64,000 nt of DNA, taken from contig JBAZVT010000003.1 in assembly GCA_041660745.1 (NCBI GenBank), forward strand, positions 1,880-65,879. Direction: 5' to 3'. The DNA comes from Minisyncoccota bacterium. GTDB lineage: Bacteria > Patescibacteriota > Minisyncoccia > Phycocordibacterales > JBAZVT01. Of this stretch, positions 9,855 to 19,038 are shown one piece after another. Every line of letters starts with the position of its first letter. Within the stretch, counting starts at the first letter, position 1. The position numbers and the translations under genes are program-made. The notes beneath the pieces were generated by a model. That model saw nothing but the letters and a program-made list of their open reading frames with translations. It did not search any database and was not told where the DNA came from.

Positions 9855-11522
9855 ATGAAAAAAACAAACTTCTTTTTACGAATCGGTCGTTTTATAAAGA
9901 GACATAAGATAATTTCTCTTGTAATTATTCTTATTATTATCGTGAGTGGATACTGGTTATATCATTCTAAAACAACAGCAACCGCAGAGACGAAGTATGT
10001 TATCGGCACTGTGCGTGTTGGCGATGTCTCGTCTGTAGTCACTGGTACAGGTCAGGTTTCTGCAGAAAGTAGTGTGGATATTAAATCAAAAGTCTCGGGT
10101 GATATCGTGGCACTATATGTAAAAAATGGTGATGAGGTGGGTGAGGGGAGTATCATTGCTCAGATTGACTCTGAGGATGCATTGAAAAATCTACGAGATG
10201 CGGAAATAAATTTAAAAAGCGCACAAATTTCTTTAGATAAAGTTCTTCAGCCGGCAAATACTTCTACGGTATATGACGATGCTTTTAATACAATTACAAA
10301 TGCATTTCTTGATTTGCCAGTTATTTCAGATGAATTGTATAGCATGTTATATGACCGGAAGCATTCTCTGTACTTGGCTGATGATCAACAGGTTAATTTT
10401 TACTCGGGGAAGACGGGGGTGAGTCTTAAAAGAGGTGCAGAGTTAGAATATAATACCGCCAAAAAACTCCTTAAGAGTTCCTTGGCCACATATAGAACAA
10501 CACCTCGTCTTTCGGAGCCGGCCGTTATAGAATCATTGCTCGGAGATACTTTGGTTACTGTGCGTGCGATGTCGGACGCATTAAAAAACATACAAACAAC
10601 AGTTAATTATATTAGTGATAAAATTGATACAGATAAACCCTCAGAACTTGGTGTTGACCAAAGTGCTCTTGTTTCGTATACATCAAAATTGAATGGCCAT
10701 GTGTCTAATGTACTGTCTTCACAGACATCTATTGAATCTGCAAAAACTTCGGAAGTTAATGATTCTTTAGATATCCAGTCACAGAAACTTTCTCTTGAAC
10801 AAAAGAAAAATGCTGTTTCGGATGCCCAAGACACGCTTTCTGATTATTATGTTCGTGCCCCGTTTGGTGGAGTTGTTGCAGATGTGCCGGTTAGTGTAGG
10901 TGATGGTGCTTCTTCTGCAATGGTACTTGCAACCATTATTACTAAAAAACAGATTGCTACAATACCCCTCAATGAAGTGGATGCTGCAAAAGTAAAAACT
11001 GGTCAAAAGGTAGTCTTAACATTTGATGCAGTGTCGGGTCTAGAAGTCGTTGGGGAAGTGTCTGATGTTCAAACATTAGGAACAGTGAGTCAGGGTGTTG
11101 TCTCTTATGATGTTCAAATATCTTTTGACACCCAAGACACTCGCGTGAAGCCATCTATGAGTGTGTCCGCAGCCATTACGACCGACATAAGGGAGAGTGT
11201 GTTGTCGGTGCCGACATCCGCCGTGAAAACAAGTAGAGGGGGTTTGTATGTTGAAGTCGTTGATAATGTTCCAAAAGGCTCAGGAACGACTACTGCTGTG
11301 GGGGGGATCATATTATCAACGCCACCACGACAGCAGATAGTAGAAGTGGGGCTTACGGGTGATTCACGAATAGAGATTATTTCTGGTCTCAACGAGGGAG
11401 ATCGTATCGTTACACGTACCATCACGGCATCAGGTGCGGCGACGACAGCTAGTGCTGGCAGTATTTTGACGGGTGGAAATCGTAGTACGACTGGGCAGGC
11501 TGCACGGGCGCTCGGACGATAA
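9855..11522 (+). CDS. HlyD/MacA-family periplasmic adaptor (membrane fusion protein) with long coiled-coil insert
   Basis: TM anchor, then TVRVGDVSSVVTGTGQVSAESSVDIKSKVSGDIVALYVKNGDEV biotinyl-lipoyl-like hairpin, C-terminal beta-barrel motifs; precedes the MacB ATPase/permease. Confidence 0.75.
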   Translation: MKKTNFFLRIGRFIKRHKIISLVIILIIIVSGYWLYHSKTTATAETKYVIGTVRVGDVSSVVTGTGQVSAESSVDIKSKVSGDIVALYVKNGDEVGEGSIIAQIDSEDALKNLRDAEINLKSAQISLDKVLQPANTSTVYDDAFNTITNAFLDLPVISDELYSMLYDRKHSLYLADDQQVNFYSGKTGVSLKRGAELEYNTAKKLLKSSLATYRTTPRLSEPAVIESLLGDTLVTVRAMSDALKNIQTTVNYISDKIDTDKPSELGVDQSALVSYTSKLNGHVSNVLSSQTSIESAKTSEVNDSLDIQSQKLSLEQKKNAVSDAQDTLSDYYVRAPFGGVVADVPVSVGDGASSAMVLATIITKKQIATIPLNEVDAAKVKTGQKVVLTFDAVSGLEVVGEVSDVQTLGTVSQGVVSYDVQISFDTQDTRVKPSMSVSAAITTDIRESVLSVPTSAVKTSRGGLYVEVVDNVPKGSGTTTAVGGIILSTPPRQQIVEVGLTGDSRIEIISGLNEGDRIVTRTITASGAATTASAGSILTGGNRSTTGQAARALGR

Positions 11523-11538
11523 AAAAGACGATACTAGT

Positions 11539-12255
11539 ATGATTGAATGTAAAAATATAACAAAAATATATAAAAGTGGAGATACAGAAACATTCGCACT
11601 TAACAATGTTTCTTTTACGATTGCGGACGGTGAGTTTGTGGCAATTATGGGGCCGTCTGGTTCTGGTAAGTCAACACTTATGCATATTCTTGGCGCATTA
11701 GATACTCCCACGTCTGGAACATATGTTCTTGATGGAGAAGATGTTTCTACGCTTTCTGACGATGAACTCGCGGATATCCGAGCGCAAAAAATTGGTTTTG
11801 TATTCCAAGCATTCAATCTTCTACCTCGTGCAACGGTGCTTCGTAATGTTAGTCTTCCTCTCGTGTATTCAGGCGTTTCTGAACAGGAGCGAACAGTGCG
11901 AGCACAGGAGGCATTGCGGTCCGCGGGACTTTCCGAGGATAGGTGGGGTCATCTTTCAAATCAACTCTCGGGCGGTCAAATTCAACGTGTGGCAATTGCG
12001 CGTGCACTTGTGAATAATCCTTCTGTTATTATGGCGGATGAACCTACTGGCAATCTTGATTCAAAAACTGGAGAGATCGTCTTGGGGACGTTTCAACACT
12101 TTAATCGTGAATTAAAACGAACTATTATTTTAATTACGCATGAACTTGATGTCGCACAACATGCTGATCGTATTATCCATATCAAAGATGGAAAAATTGT
12201 TGAAGATAGAAAAAATCTGAATAAGAGAGTAATTGAGCATGTAAAATATTTATGA
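11539..12255 (+). CDS. ABC transporter ATP-binding protein (MacB/LolD family)
   Basis: Walker A GPSGSGKST, signature LSGGQIQRVAIARAL, Walker B IMADEPTGNLD; ATG at 11539. Confidence 0.92.
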   Translation: MIECKNITKIYKSGDTETFALNNVSFTIADGEFVAIMGPSGSGKSTLMHILGALDTPTSGTYVLDGEDVSTLSDDELADIRAQKIGFVFQAFNLLPRATVLRNVSLPLVYSGVSEQERTVRAQEALRSAGLSEDRWGHLSNQLSGGQIQRVAIARALVNNPSVIMADEPTGNLDSKTGEIVLGTFQHFNRELKRTIILITHELDVAQHADRIIHIKDGKIVEDRKNLNKRVIEHVKYL

Positions 12256-13475
12256 CAATAAAAGATTTACTTCACGAAACGACATCGGCATTGCTTGGCA
12301 ACAAGGTTCGTACGGGACTAACAATGCTTGGAATTATTATTGGCATCGCTTCCGTGATTGCCATGCTTGCTGTTGGACAAGGTGCAAGTGGTTCTATTCA
12401 GTCTAGTATTCAGGCACTTGGTTCTAATTTGTTATTGGTGAGTCCTGGAGCTCAAAGAGGACCCGGAGTACAAGTGAGTGCTGGCCGTGGTTCATCGCAG
12501 ACGCTTACCCGGGCAGATGCAGATGCTATTGGAGTATCAGTTTCTTCTGTTGCTGCCGTTGCCGCCAATGTTTCTACTCGCCTACAAATAGTTGTATCTG
12601 GTGCAAATACAAATACGTCTATTATTGGTACGGTGCCAGAGTATGCAGTGGTTCGGAATGTAGAAATTGCAGAAGGCGACTTTATTACCGAAGAAGATGT
12701 AAGAGATTTGGGTCGTGTAGTGGTGCTTGGTCCCACGACACGAGATGATTTATTTGGGATTGACGGAGAGTCTGTCGGGAAAACAGTGCGTGTAAACGGT
12801 ATTAATTTTAAGGTTATTGGAGTTACAAAATCTAAGGGTGGTTCTGGTTTCGGTAATGCTGACGATCGAGCATACATACCACTGACATCTGCACAGAAGT
12901 TTCTAACTGGGAATATATATGTAAGTGAAATAAGTGTACAAGCCGAGAGTTCTGATGTTATGGCTGATGTGCAGAGTCAGATTACAGCGCTTCTTTTAGA
13001 TCGACATAATATTACCGATCCAACATCGGCTGATTTTAATGTATTAAACCAAGCAGATATTATTTCTAGTGCGTCATCTGTTACTAATATTCTCACTATC
13101 CTTTTGGCGTCTGTGGCGGGCATCTCTCTTGTTGTTGGAGGTATTGGAATTATGAATATGATGTTAACCACAGTGACGGAACGTACGAGGGAAATTGGTC
13201 TCAGAAAAGCTATCGGTGCAAAGAAAAAAGATATCAGTGCTCAGTTTTTAATTGAGTCAATTGTTCTTACGTTTACGGGCGGAATTCTTGGGGTAATATT
13301 AGGTTGGACAGTTGCGTTTATTATAACTGCAACAGGATTGTTGACTGCACAGGTCTCTCTTTTTGCAGTGCTGCTTGCATTTGGTGTGGCGGCAGCAATA
13401 GGTATTATTTTTGGTTATTATCCAGCTAAACGTGCTGCGGGTCTGAACCCGATTGAAGCATTGCGTTATGAGTAG
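12252..13475 (+). CDS. ABC transporter permease, MacB/FtsX family
   Basis: N-terminal TM, large extracytoplasmic domain, C-terminal FtsX TM bundle (ILLASVAGISLVVGGIGIMNMMLTTVTERTREIGLRKAIGA). Confidence 0.88.
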   Translation: MTIKDLLHETTSALLGNKVRTGLTMLGIIIGIASVIAMLAVGQGASGSIQSSIQALGSNLLLVSPGAQRGPGVQVSAGRGSSQTLTRADADAIGVSVSSVAAVAANVSTRLQIVVSGANTNTSIIGTVPEYAVVRNVEIAEGDFITEEDVRDLGRVVVLGPTTRDDLFGIDGESVGKTVRVNGINFKVIGVTKSKGGSGFGNADDRAYIPLTSAQKFLTGNIYVSEISVQAESSDVMADVQSQITALLLDRHNITDPTSADFNVLNQADIISSASSVTNILTILLASVAGISLVVGGIGIMNMMLTTVTERTREIGLRKAIGAKKKDISAQFLIESIVLTFTGGILGVILGWTVAFIITATGLLTAQVSLFAVLLAFGVAAAIGIIFGYYPAKRAAGLNPIEALRYE

Positions 13476-13503
13476 AACAAAATACCAGCCCGAAGATGCT
13501 GTT

Positions 13504-13740
13504 TTAGTCGATGGGAATATCTAATATTTTTCCAGGGGAGTGATGTCCAGAAATAATACGTATTTTTTTTGGCGTAATGTTAAAATGCTCCGCGATTATT
13601 TCTATAACTCTTCTATTTGCGCGATTATTTTCTGCTGGTTCTCGTACGGATATATTAAAATGATCCGTGCTTTTTTGTGTAAGAGTATCTTTTTTTGAGT
13701 CGGGAGTGACGCGAACTTTTATATACATACAGGCTATCAT
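13504..13740 (-). CDS. DUF167 (YggU-like) family protein
   Basis: IKVRVTPDSKKD...NRANRRVIEIIAEHFNITPKKIRIISGHHSPGKIL matches the YggU/DUF167 pattern. Confidence 0.6.
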   Translation of the reverse strand: MIACMYIKVRVTPDSKKDTLTQKSTDHFNISVREPAENNRANRRVIEIIAEHFNITPKKIRIISGHHSPGKILDIPID

Positions 13741-14073
13741 ATCAGAAAAAAATATTGTTTGTCATGGAATAATGCCCTTGCACATTTTTATATTTCGTTT
13801 TGATTTTTTAATTACAAAATTGCCGAAGTGGGCCATTTGTGATGACAATACTTTTTTAAATAAAATAAATTAACACATTCTTAATTAACCGTTCACCGCA
13901 TTCTCACTCTTTTGTTTTAATAATTACCCATGAATTATGAAATCCCATTCCTTGTTGCACCAGACTTTTTAAAAAAGTTTTGGCGTGCCGGGGCGCGGAT
14001 TTCATAATTTAAAAAGGTCGGCGAAAATAATTTCTTTAGGTTTTGTATTACTACTTTATTTTAAAAATATATT

Positions 14074-14730
14074 ATGAAAAAAATTTTTGCTTTCACTTCA
14101 ATTATTGCTTTAGCTCTTGTTTTTGCTCCAGCGGCATCTCATGCAGCTTGGAGTAATGACGTAAATATCACGACAACGAATTCTGCAGACATTGTTAATT
14201 CCTTTAATGTATCCGCACACACGGGTGACAATGTCTCAAAAAGTGGTTCTGGAGGTGCGTCTGGGGGTGGTGGTTCAGTAACAAATTCTGGCAGTGCTAA
14301 CACAGGTGGGGCTGGAGGAGCTGGAGGTGCAGGCGGAGAGGGGGGTGTAATTGCAACTGGTGATGCTTCCGTATCAGTTCTGGTCACCAATATAGCAAAT
14401 GATACTGACATAGAGGTTGATTCAACTGCATTGGCGGAGGATGCTTCCGATAACGATGTAAATATTATTACATCAAATACAGCAGCGCTACGAAATGAAG
14501 GAGTTCTATCAGCGTTCACTGGCTCAAATAAGGTAAAAGCTGGTTCAGCATCTAGTGATTTGTCTGGCACTGGTGGCAGTGTTGATTCAAGTGGTAATGA
14601 AAATGTCGCCGGTGCTGGTGGCGCCTCTGGAGCAGGAGGTATGGGTGGATCTATTGTAACTGGTCATAGCACTGTATCTGCAGATGTTATGAGTATTGTT
14701 AATATGACGGTTAAGCGTGTTATGAGATAA
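14074..14730 (+). CDS. secreted Gly/Ser-rich repeat protein, two copies of the TGDN...TGDA...N-x-x-N module
   Basis: Signal peptide MKKIFAFTSIIALALVFAPAASHA. Two tandem ~90-aa modules (SAHTGDNVSKSG...IATGDASVSVLVTNIANDT and SAFTGSNKVKAG...IVTGHSTVSADVMSIVNMT) related to modules in the 916-aa protein downstream. Confidence 0.6.
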   Translation: MKKIFAFTSIIALALVFAPAASHAAWSNDVNITTTNSADIVNSFNVSAHTGDNVSKSGSGGASGGGGSVTNSGSANTGGAGGAGGAGGEGGVIATGDASVSVLVTNIANDTDIEVDSTALAEDASDNDVNIITSNTAALRNEGVLSAFTGSNKVKAGSASSDLSGTGGSVDSSGNENVAGAGGASGAGGMGGSIVTGHSTVSADVMSIVNMTVKRVMR

Positions 14731-14765
14731 CTACTTTTGTCGTCGGAGGAAAGGGATTTTTCCCT

Positions 14766-14809
14766 TCCTTCGGCAAGGTTTTGATGCGATGTCAAAACCT
14801 TGCCGAAGG
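14766..14809 (+). terminator. 18-bp perfect hairpin between secreted-protein genes 1 and 2 (attenuator/terminator-like, no U tract)
   Basis: ccttcggcaaggttttga-tgcgatg-tcaaaaccttgccgaagg. Confidence 0.5.
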
Positions 14810-14825
14810 AAAACCTTCCAATTCT

Positions 14826-15365
14826 ATGAAAAAAGCATCATATATTTTCTGTTGTGTGCTGGTGTATTCTGGCTTCTATACTGCACTGATAGTATCGGCA
14901 GCTTCTTCCTCTGTGGTTAATTCAATCACGATTACTTCAGAAACTGGGGGTAATACTGTATTGGGCGGTGAAGAAAGTCGGGGTACTTCTAATACACATA
15001 TCCAGGCAAAGACAATTATAGATGGTGTTGTAGTAGAGGATATTAATCAGAACTATTCTTCTACGAGTCCGGTTAATTTTAAAGAAACATACAATCAGAA
15101 TATTGGATCGGGAAATGAAACGGAGACAGTGAAAACAATTATAAAAGTTCAGGCGCAGACAGGTCAAAGTTCATTGGTGGAAGATTTTAATAAAAAGAAA
15201 GCGGCGACATCAACAGCCACAACGTCTCTCGCACGTCCTGTGAAGACAACGCAAGATGGTCACGTTGCGGCTTCGAGTTCAGTATTATTAGCCGAAGGGG
15301 GTTTGAAAGCGCGAGGCCTTCTTCAACAATTTATATCATATGTATTTTCAATCTTTCGTTTCTAA
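14826..15365 (+). CDS. exported Ser/Thr-rich protein with a degenerate copy of the TGD module
   Basis: N-terminal signal/TM (ASYIFCCVLVYSGFYTALIVSAA); TSETGGNTVLGG and low-complexity Thr/Ser stretches; sits between two related genes. Confidence 0.5.
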   Translation: MKKASYIFCCVLVYSGFYTALIVSAASSSVVNSITITSETGGNTVLGGEESRGTSNTHIQAKTIIDGVVVEDINQNYSSTSPVNFKETYNQNIGSGNETETVKTIIKVQAQTGQSSLVEDFNKKKAATSTATTSLARPVKTTQDGHVAASSSVLLAEGGLKARGLLQQFISYVFSIFRF

Positions 15366-18090
15366 ACATATTGTTTCACAAGGCAGAGGGATTGTTTCCT
15401 TCTGTATAATTTTTTCTTTGCTCTTGGCCCAAGGTGGTGCGGTTATTGTTGCAGGGGCACAAACACCTGATTCTAGTTTAGGTACGACAACAGAGTCTAG
15501 CACCATAACAGAAGCTGCTATTGTGCCAGAGGAAAATGATTCTGTGACGTCTATTACGACTGGTGACGCATCTGCGGAGAGTAGTGTGGAAACTGGAACA
15601 AATACCAATCTTATTTCTGAGGGGCAGAGTACATCTTCCTCGGACACCCTAATGGCAACGAGTACACACGATTCTTTATTAGAAGTGGCTACGACTAGCG
15701 CAACTACTTCTTCCGATACCACTACCACAGGCACAAGCACGTCTCTAGTACCTGATGAGGGTACAGAGGTTATTGTGGACACAACAAGTACGTCCACTAT
15801 TGTAAATAATGCCACAACTACTGCAAATACAGGTGTAAATGAAATTCAAAACGCAACATCGACCACGGCAACAAGCACTGCCACAAGTACAGCGGTTATC
15901 GATACTGGTGATGCGGCGGCTAGTACAAATATAATTAATGTTGCCAATGTTAATGTGTTTGATTCTAATGGAATGATCATGCTTCTTAATAGTTTATCTG
16001 GTATGACGGGTAATGTTGATTTGCGAGATGCACTCTCGGGAATTACTTTTGAATCATTCTGTGGCGAGGGGTGTGATGGAACGAGTACACCTTTATCTGC
16101 TCTCATTTCAAATAATAGTACATCAACAATTGATAATAACATTGTTGTTGGTGCTCAAACGGGGAATAACGGTATTTCTGGACCAGGCACTGACGGAACT
16201 ATTATGACTGGGGATGCGTATGCGGCAGCCAATGTGGTAAATATGGCAAATACAAATATTGTTGATTCAAATTATCTCCTCTTTGTTTTTAATGGGCTGG
16301 GAAATATGATTAATGGTGATTTTATTTTGCCGAGCGCAGGATTCTTCTCTAACTTTTTTTCTGGAAGTTCAGGAAGTAGTATGTCGGGGCAGTCTACTCC
16401 CGCAGTCTTATCTTCCACAACTGATCTAGATATACAAAATGAGAATTCGTCGATAATCAATAATTCCGTTGATGTTCATGCGGGCACGGGGGATAATAGC
16501 GTGTCGTCTGAAATGGGATCTACAACAGCTTCTAGTAGTATTGTAACGGGAGACGCACAGTCTGGAACAAATATTTTTAACGAGACTAATAGTAATCTTG
16601 TCGGCGGCGGATCGTTCATGGTACTTTTTAGAGTTTTTGGAAAATGGAGTGGAAATGTACTAAATACTCCAGACGGAATTCAATGGAAAGAAACACCTCA
16701 TGGGGTTGAACTTGTTGGAGATGTTCCTTCTGTTCTTGATTCAAGCGAGACAGATTCATCTGATCAAAATATATCAATTTCTAACAACAATAGTTCAAGT
16801 GTCACAAACAATATAGAGGTGTATGCGTTGACCGGAGATAATAAAATTACGGACAAAACTGGAAACTCTGAGATTGAGACTGGAGATGCATATGCAACAG
16901 CGAACGTAGTCAATATTACTAATACCAATATTGTTGGACGTAACTGGATTCTCGCAATCATTAATATCTTTGGTGATTGGGGAGGGAATATTTCTTTTGG
17001 TCAACCTGATTTGTGGGTTGCGGGGGAAGTGGAATCCCCTGGAAAGATTACGCGTGGTTCAGAACTAAAATACACATTTACTATTACAAACAAAGGCGAT
17101 GCTCCCGCGCATGATGTTGTGTTAAAGAATGTTTTTGATAGTCCATACGTGTACTTTGGAGAGAGATCAACTGATGTTCCTAATAATATGTCTGACTGGA
17201 ATATTGGAACATTGGCACCACAACAAACTGTTACTGTAGAAAAAGTGGCAACTGTAGACACGGGCTTGCCACGAGGGTCAACTCCCGTCTCGTCTGAAAT
17301 TTCTGTGCAGGGGAATGAAACTGATGCAAATACAGTAGATAATAGTGACGTTATATCATTTGTAGCTTCCGGATCTACGTCTTCAAGGGGTGGGAGTAGA
17401 CCTCGAGAAACAAAAATGCCATTACCAATACTTCTTGTTTCTACGACAAATGATGCGCTGACGACGCCTCTTATGGCTACTGCAAGTAGTAGTGTAAATT
17501 ATACTATTACAATAGAAAACAATGGGGATACTTCGTATAATTCCATCCTTACAAACACACTCAAGGATAGTTCTGGGGGTATTGTTAGTCAGGAACAGTG
17601 GAATTTGGAAATGATTGCTCCGCGTGAAGAAGTTTCTGTTTCATATACAGCTATCTTTGGCACAAGTACACCCCCCGGAGTGTATACCAATTATGCTCAG
17701 GTGGTCGCGTCCTCTTCGGAACAACTTGGGCAGTCTGTTGTCTCAAATGTGGCGACGAGTGCTGTGGTTATTCTTAGCCCAGAGGTCTTTAATGCAGGAT
17801 TTTCCTTTGCCACAACCACCCCTGTTCTTTCTACAGAGAACATTGAGCCACTTGCAGGGGCTATTTCAGACTCAAACATAGTTGATTCGTCCCCAGACGC
17901 TACTGCTGTGGAAAAAATAGATACTATAGTAAACAATCAGGTTGCAAATGTGGGAAGCGCGTGGAATTTTGTAGTGAGTCCATATTGGCTCATTTTCCCA
18001 ATACTTGGACTGATATCACTGGCATTATTAAAAAAGAAGGGTAGTGTGAGACAGTTTGCGAGGATGAGAAATAAGTTTACGGTTTGGTAA
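15340..18090 (+). CDS. large surface protein: four TGDN/TGDA repeat modules + two DUF11-like repeats + C-terminal TM anchor
   Basis: Signal/TM at N-terminus. Four repeats each ending in TGDA-x(3)-N-[VI]-x-N-x-[AT]-N-[TV]-N-[IV] then F/W-rich FG-W-GN motifs. Two DUF11-type repeats (LKYTFTITNKGDAPAHDVVLKNVFD and VNYTITIENNGDTSYNSILTNTL). C-terminal hydrophobic helix followed by KKKG. Confidence 0.7.
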   Translation: MYFQSFVSKHIVSQGRGIVSFCIIFSLLLAQGGAVIVAGAQTPDSSLGTTTESSTITEAAIVPEENDSVTSITTGDASAESSVETGTNTNLISEGQSTSSSDTLMATSTHDSLLEVATTSATTSSDTTTTGTSTSLVPDEGTEVIVDTTSTSTIVNNATTTANTGVNEIQNATSTTATSTATSTAVIDTGDAAASTNIINVANVNVFDSNGMIMLLNSLSGMTGNVDLRDALSGITFESFCGEGCDGTSTPLSALISNNSTSTIDNNIVVGAQTGNNGISGPGTDGTIMTGDAYAAANVVNMANTNIVDSNYLLFVFNGLGNMINGDFILPSAGFFSNFFSGSSGSSMSGQSTPAVLSSTTDLDIQNENSSIINNSVDVHAGTGDNSVSSEMGSTTASSSIVTGDAQSGTNIFNETNSNLVGGGSFMVLFRVFGKWSGNVLNTPDGIQWKETPHGVELVGDVPSVLDSSETDSSDQNISISNNNSSSVTNNIEVYALTGDNKITDKTGNSEIETGDAYATANVVNITNTNIVGRNWILAIINIFGDWGGNISFGQPDLWVAGEVESPGKITRGSELKYTFTITNKGDAPAHDVVLKNVFDSPYVYFGERSTDVPNNMSDWNIGTLAPQQTVTVEKVATVDTGLPRGSTPVSSEISVQGNETDANTVDNSDVISFVASGSTSSRGGSRPRETKMPLPILLVSTTNDALTTPLMATASSSVNYTITIENNGDTSYNSILTNTLKDSSGGIVSQEQWNLEMIAPREEVSVSYTAIFGTSTPPGVYTNYAQVVASSSEQLGQSVVSNVATSAVVILSPEVFNAGFSFATTTPVLSTENIEPLAGAISDSNIVDSSPDATAVEKIDTIVNNQVANVGSAWNFVVSPYWLIFPILGLISLALLKKKGSVRQFARMRNKFTVW

Positions 18091-18241
18091 ATATCGTTCA
18101 GAATTTCTAAAAAAGAGTACGTGTAAAATTCTACTGAATTTTCACTCGGTCTCGGCTACCCGCCTGCGAAGCCTCATTTTTAGAAAATCCTCACTCCAGT
18201 AGAATAAGGTGTCCTTCGGACTCTAGGATTAGGGTACATAG

Positions 18242-18274
18242 AAAAGCCGCCTGAGTACAGGCGGCTTTTCTTGT
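18242..18274 (+). terminator. rho-independent terminator after the surface-protein cluster
   Basis: aaaagccgcc-tgagtaca-ggcggctttt then cttg. Confidence 0.8.
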
Positions 18275-18317
18275 ATGTAGAGGAGGAAATGCCTTATTTT
18301 AAGCAAAATAACACATA

Positions 18318-18346
18318 TTGACGGAAGTACTCAAAAGGTGTATAAT
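18318..18346 (+). promoter_or_regulatory. near-consensus sigma70 promoter TTGACG-N17-TATAAT driving the GC-rich gene at 18418
   Basis: ttgacg at 18318-18323, tataat at 18341-18346, followed by a leader with small hairpin and canonical SD aaggagg at 18406-18412. Confidence 0.7.
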
Positions 18347-18417
18347 AGTATGTAGAGTGACTGAAGTCACAAACCGACTTCCGCCGGGTTGCGGATTGAA
18401 ATAAAAAGGAGGTCGTT

Positions 18418-18945
18418 ATGACCAAGGTTCAGGGTAATTGCGTTATTTTCTTGCTTGTGTCATTGATCATTGTTGGTTTTTGTATGCTTCCGGTGAACAA
18501 GCGTGAAAAACTGCTTCAGAATCAGTCAACAATGGCGCCGGCGGCAATGTCTCAAAACACCAGAGTCTTTCTGGATTACGTCGCTGGCAAGACAATCTCC
18601 AAGACTGACGTGGACGAAGCCTTTTACATAAGGGGTTCGGCTGGTTGGCTCGACACGGAGAAGATTCTTCGTGTGGCGAATGATCTCAAGGTTCCATGGG
18701 CTCAAGTCCATGATACGCTGGTTGTTCTCAACGAGAACTCGACAGTCATGTACATCGGTTCACAGGACAAGATTCTCGCCAAGTTTCGGGCGACCACTCA
18801 GCCAACCACAGCGCCGACGGTTCAGGTGGAGGCGACAAGTCAGGGTTCGTTGCCACCGGCAAGTGTCGTCGTCTATGGATGCTGGGCTCGCAACTATGTG
18901 GAGTCGGCGTACCAGGCGACTCATGATATGGGTCGGTGGGAATAA
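18418..18945 (+). CDS. hypothetical membrane-anchored protein on a GC-rich (about 52% GC) island
   Basis: N-terminal TM (CVIFLLVSLIIVGFCMLP); canonical AAGGAGG SD 6 nt upstream (unusual here); GC and codon usage differ from neighbours; no recognisable domain. Confidence 0.6.
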   Translation: MTKVQGNCVIFLLVSLIIVGFCMLPVNKREKLLQNQSTMAPAAMSQNTRVFLDYVAGKTISKTDVDEAFYIRGSAGWLDTEKILRVANDLKVPWAQVHDTLVVLNENSTVMYIGSQDKILAKFRATTQPTTAPTVQVEATSQGSLPPASVVVYGCWARNYVESAYQATHDMGRWE

Positions 18946-18968
18946 GGAAGATTACGTTTGGTTCTAGT

Positions 18969-19038
18969 GCCCGTGAACAGCAGTTCGCGGGCATAGTTTT
19001 TATAAAAAAACCGGCTGATGGCAGCCGGTTTTGTTTTT
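18969..19038. terminator. two terminator hairpins: one for the 18418 gene (+) and a bidirectional one shared with the VanY-like gene (-)
   Basis: gcccgtgaac...gttcgcgggc + atagtttttat; then aaccggctg-atgg-cagccggtt flanked by A7 and TTGTTTTT. Confidence 0.75.

Noticed and set aside
14074-18090. Diversity-generating retroelement targeting the repeat-rich surface proteins
   Set aside because: No reverse-transcriptase ORF anywhere in the window and no nucleotide-level template/variable repeat pair with A-specific mismatches; the repeats are protein-level modules only.
15340-18090. LPXTG/sortase or PEP-CTERM sorting signal on the 916-aa surface protein
   Set aside because: C-terminal TM + KKKG tail is present but no LPXTG, PEP or similar tripeptide precedes it; the anchor type is left unassigned.
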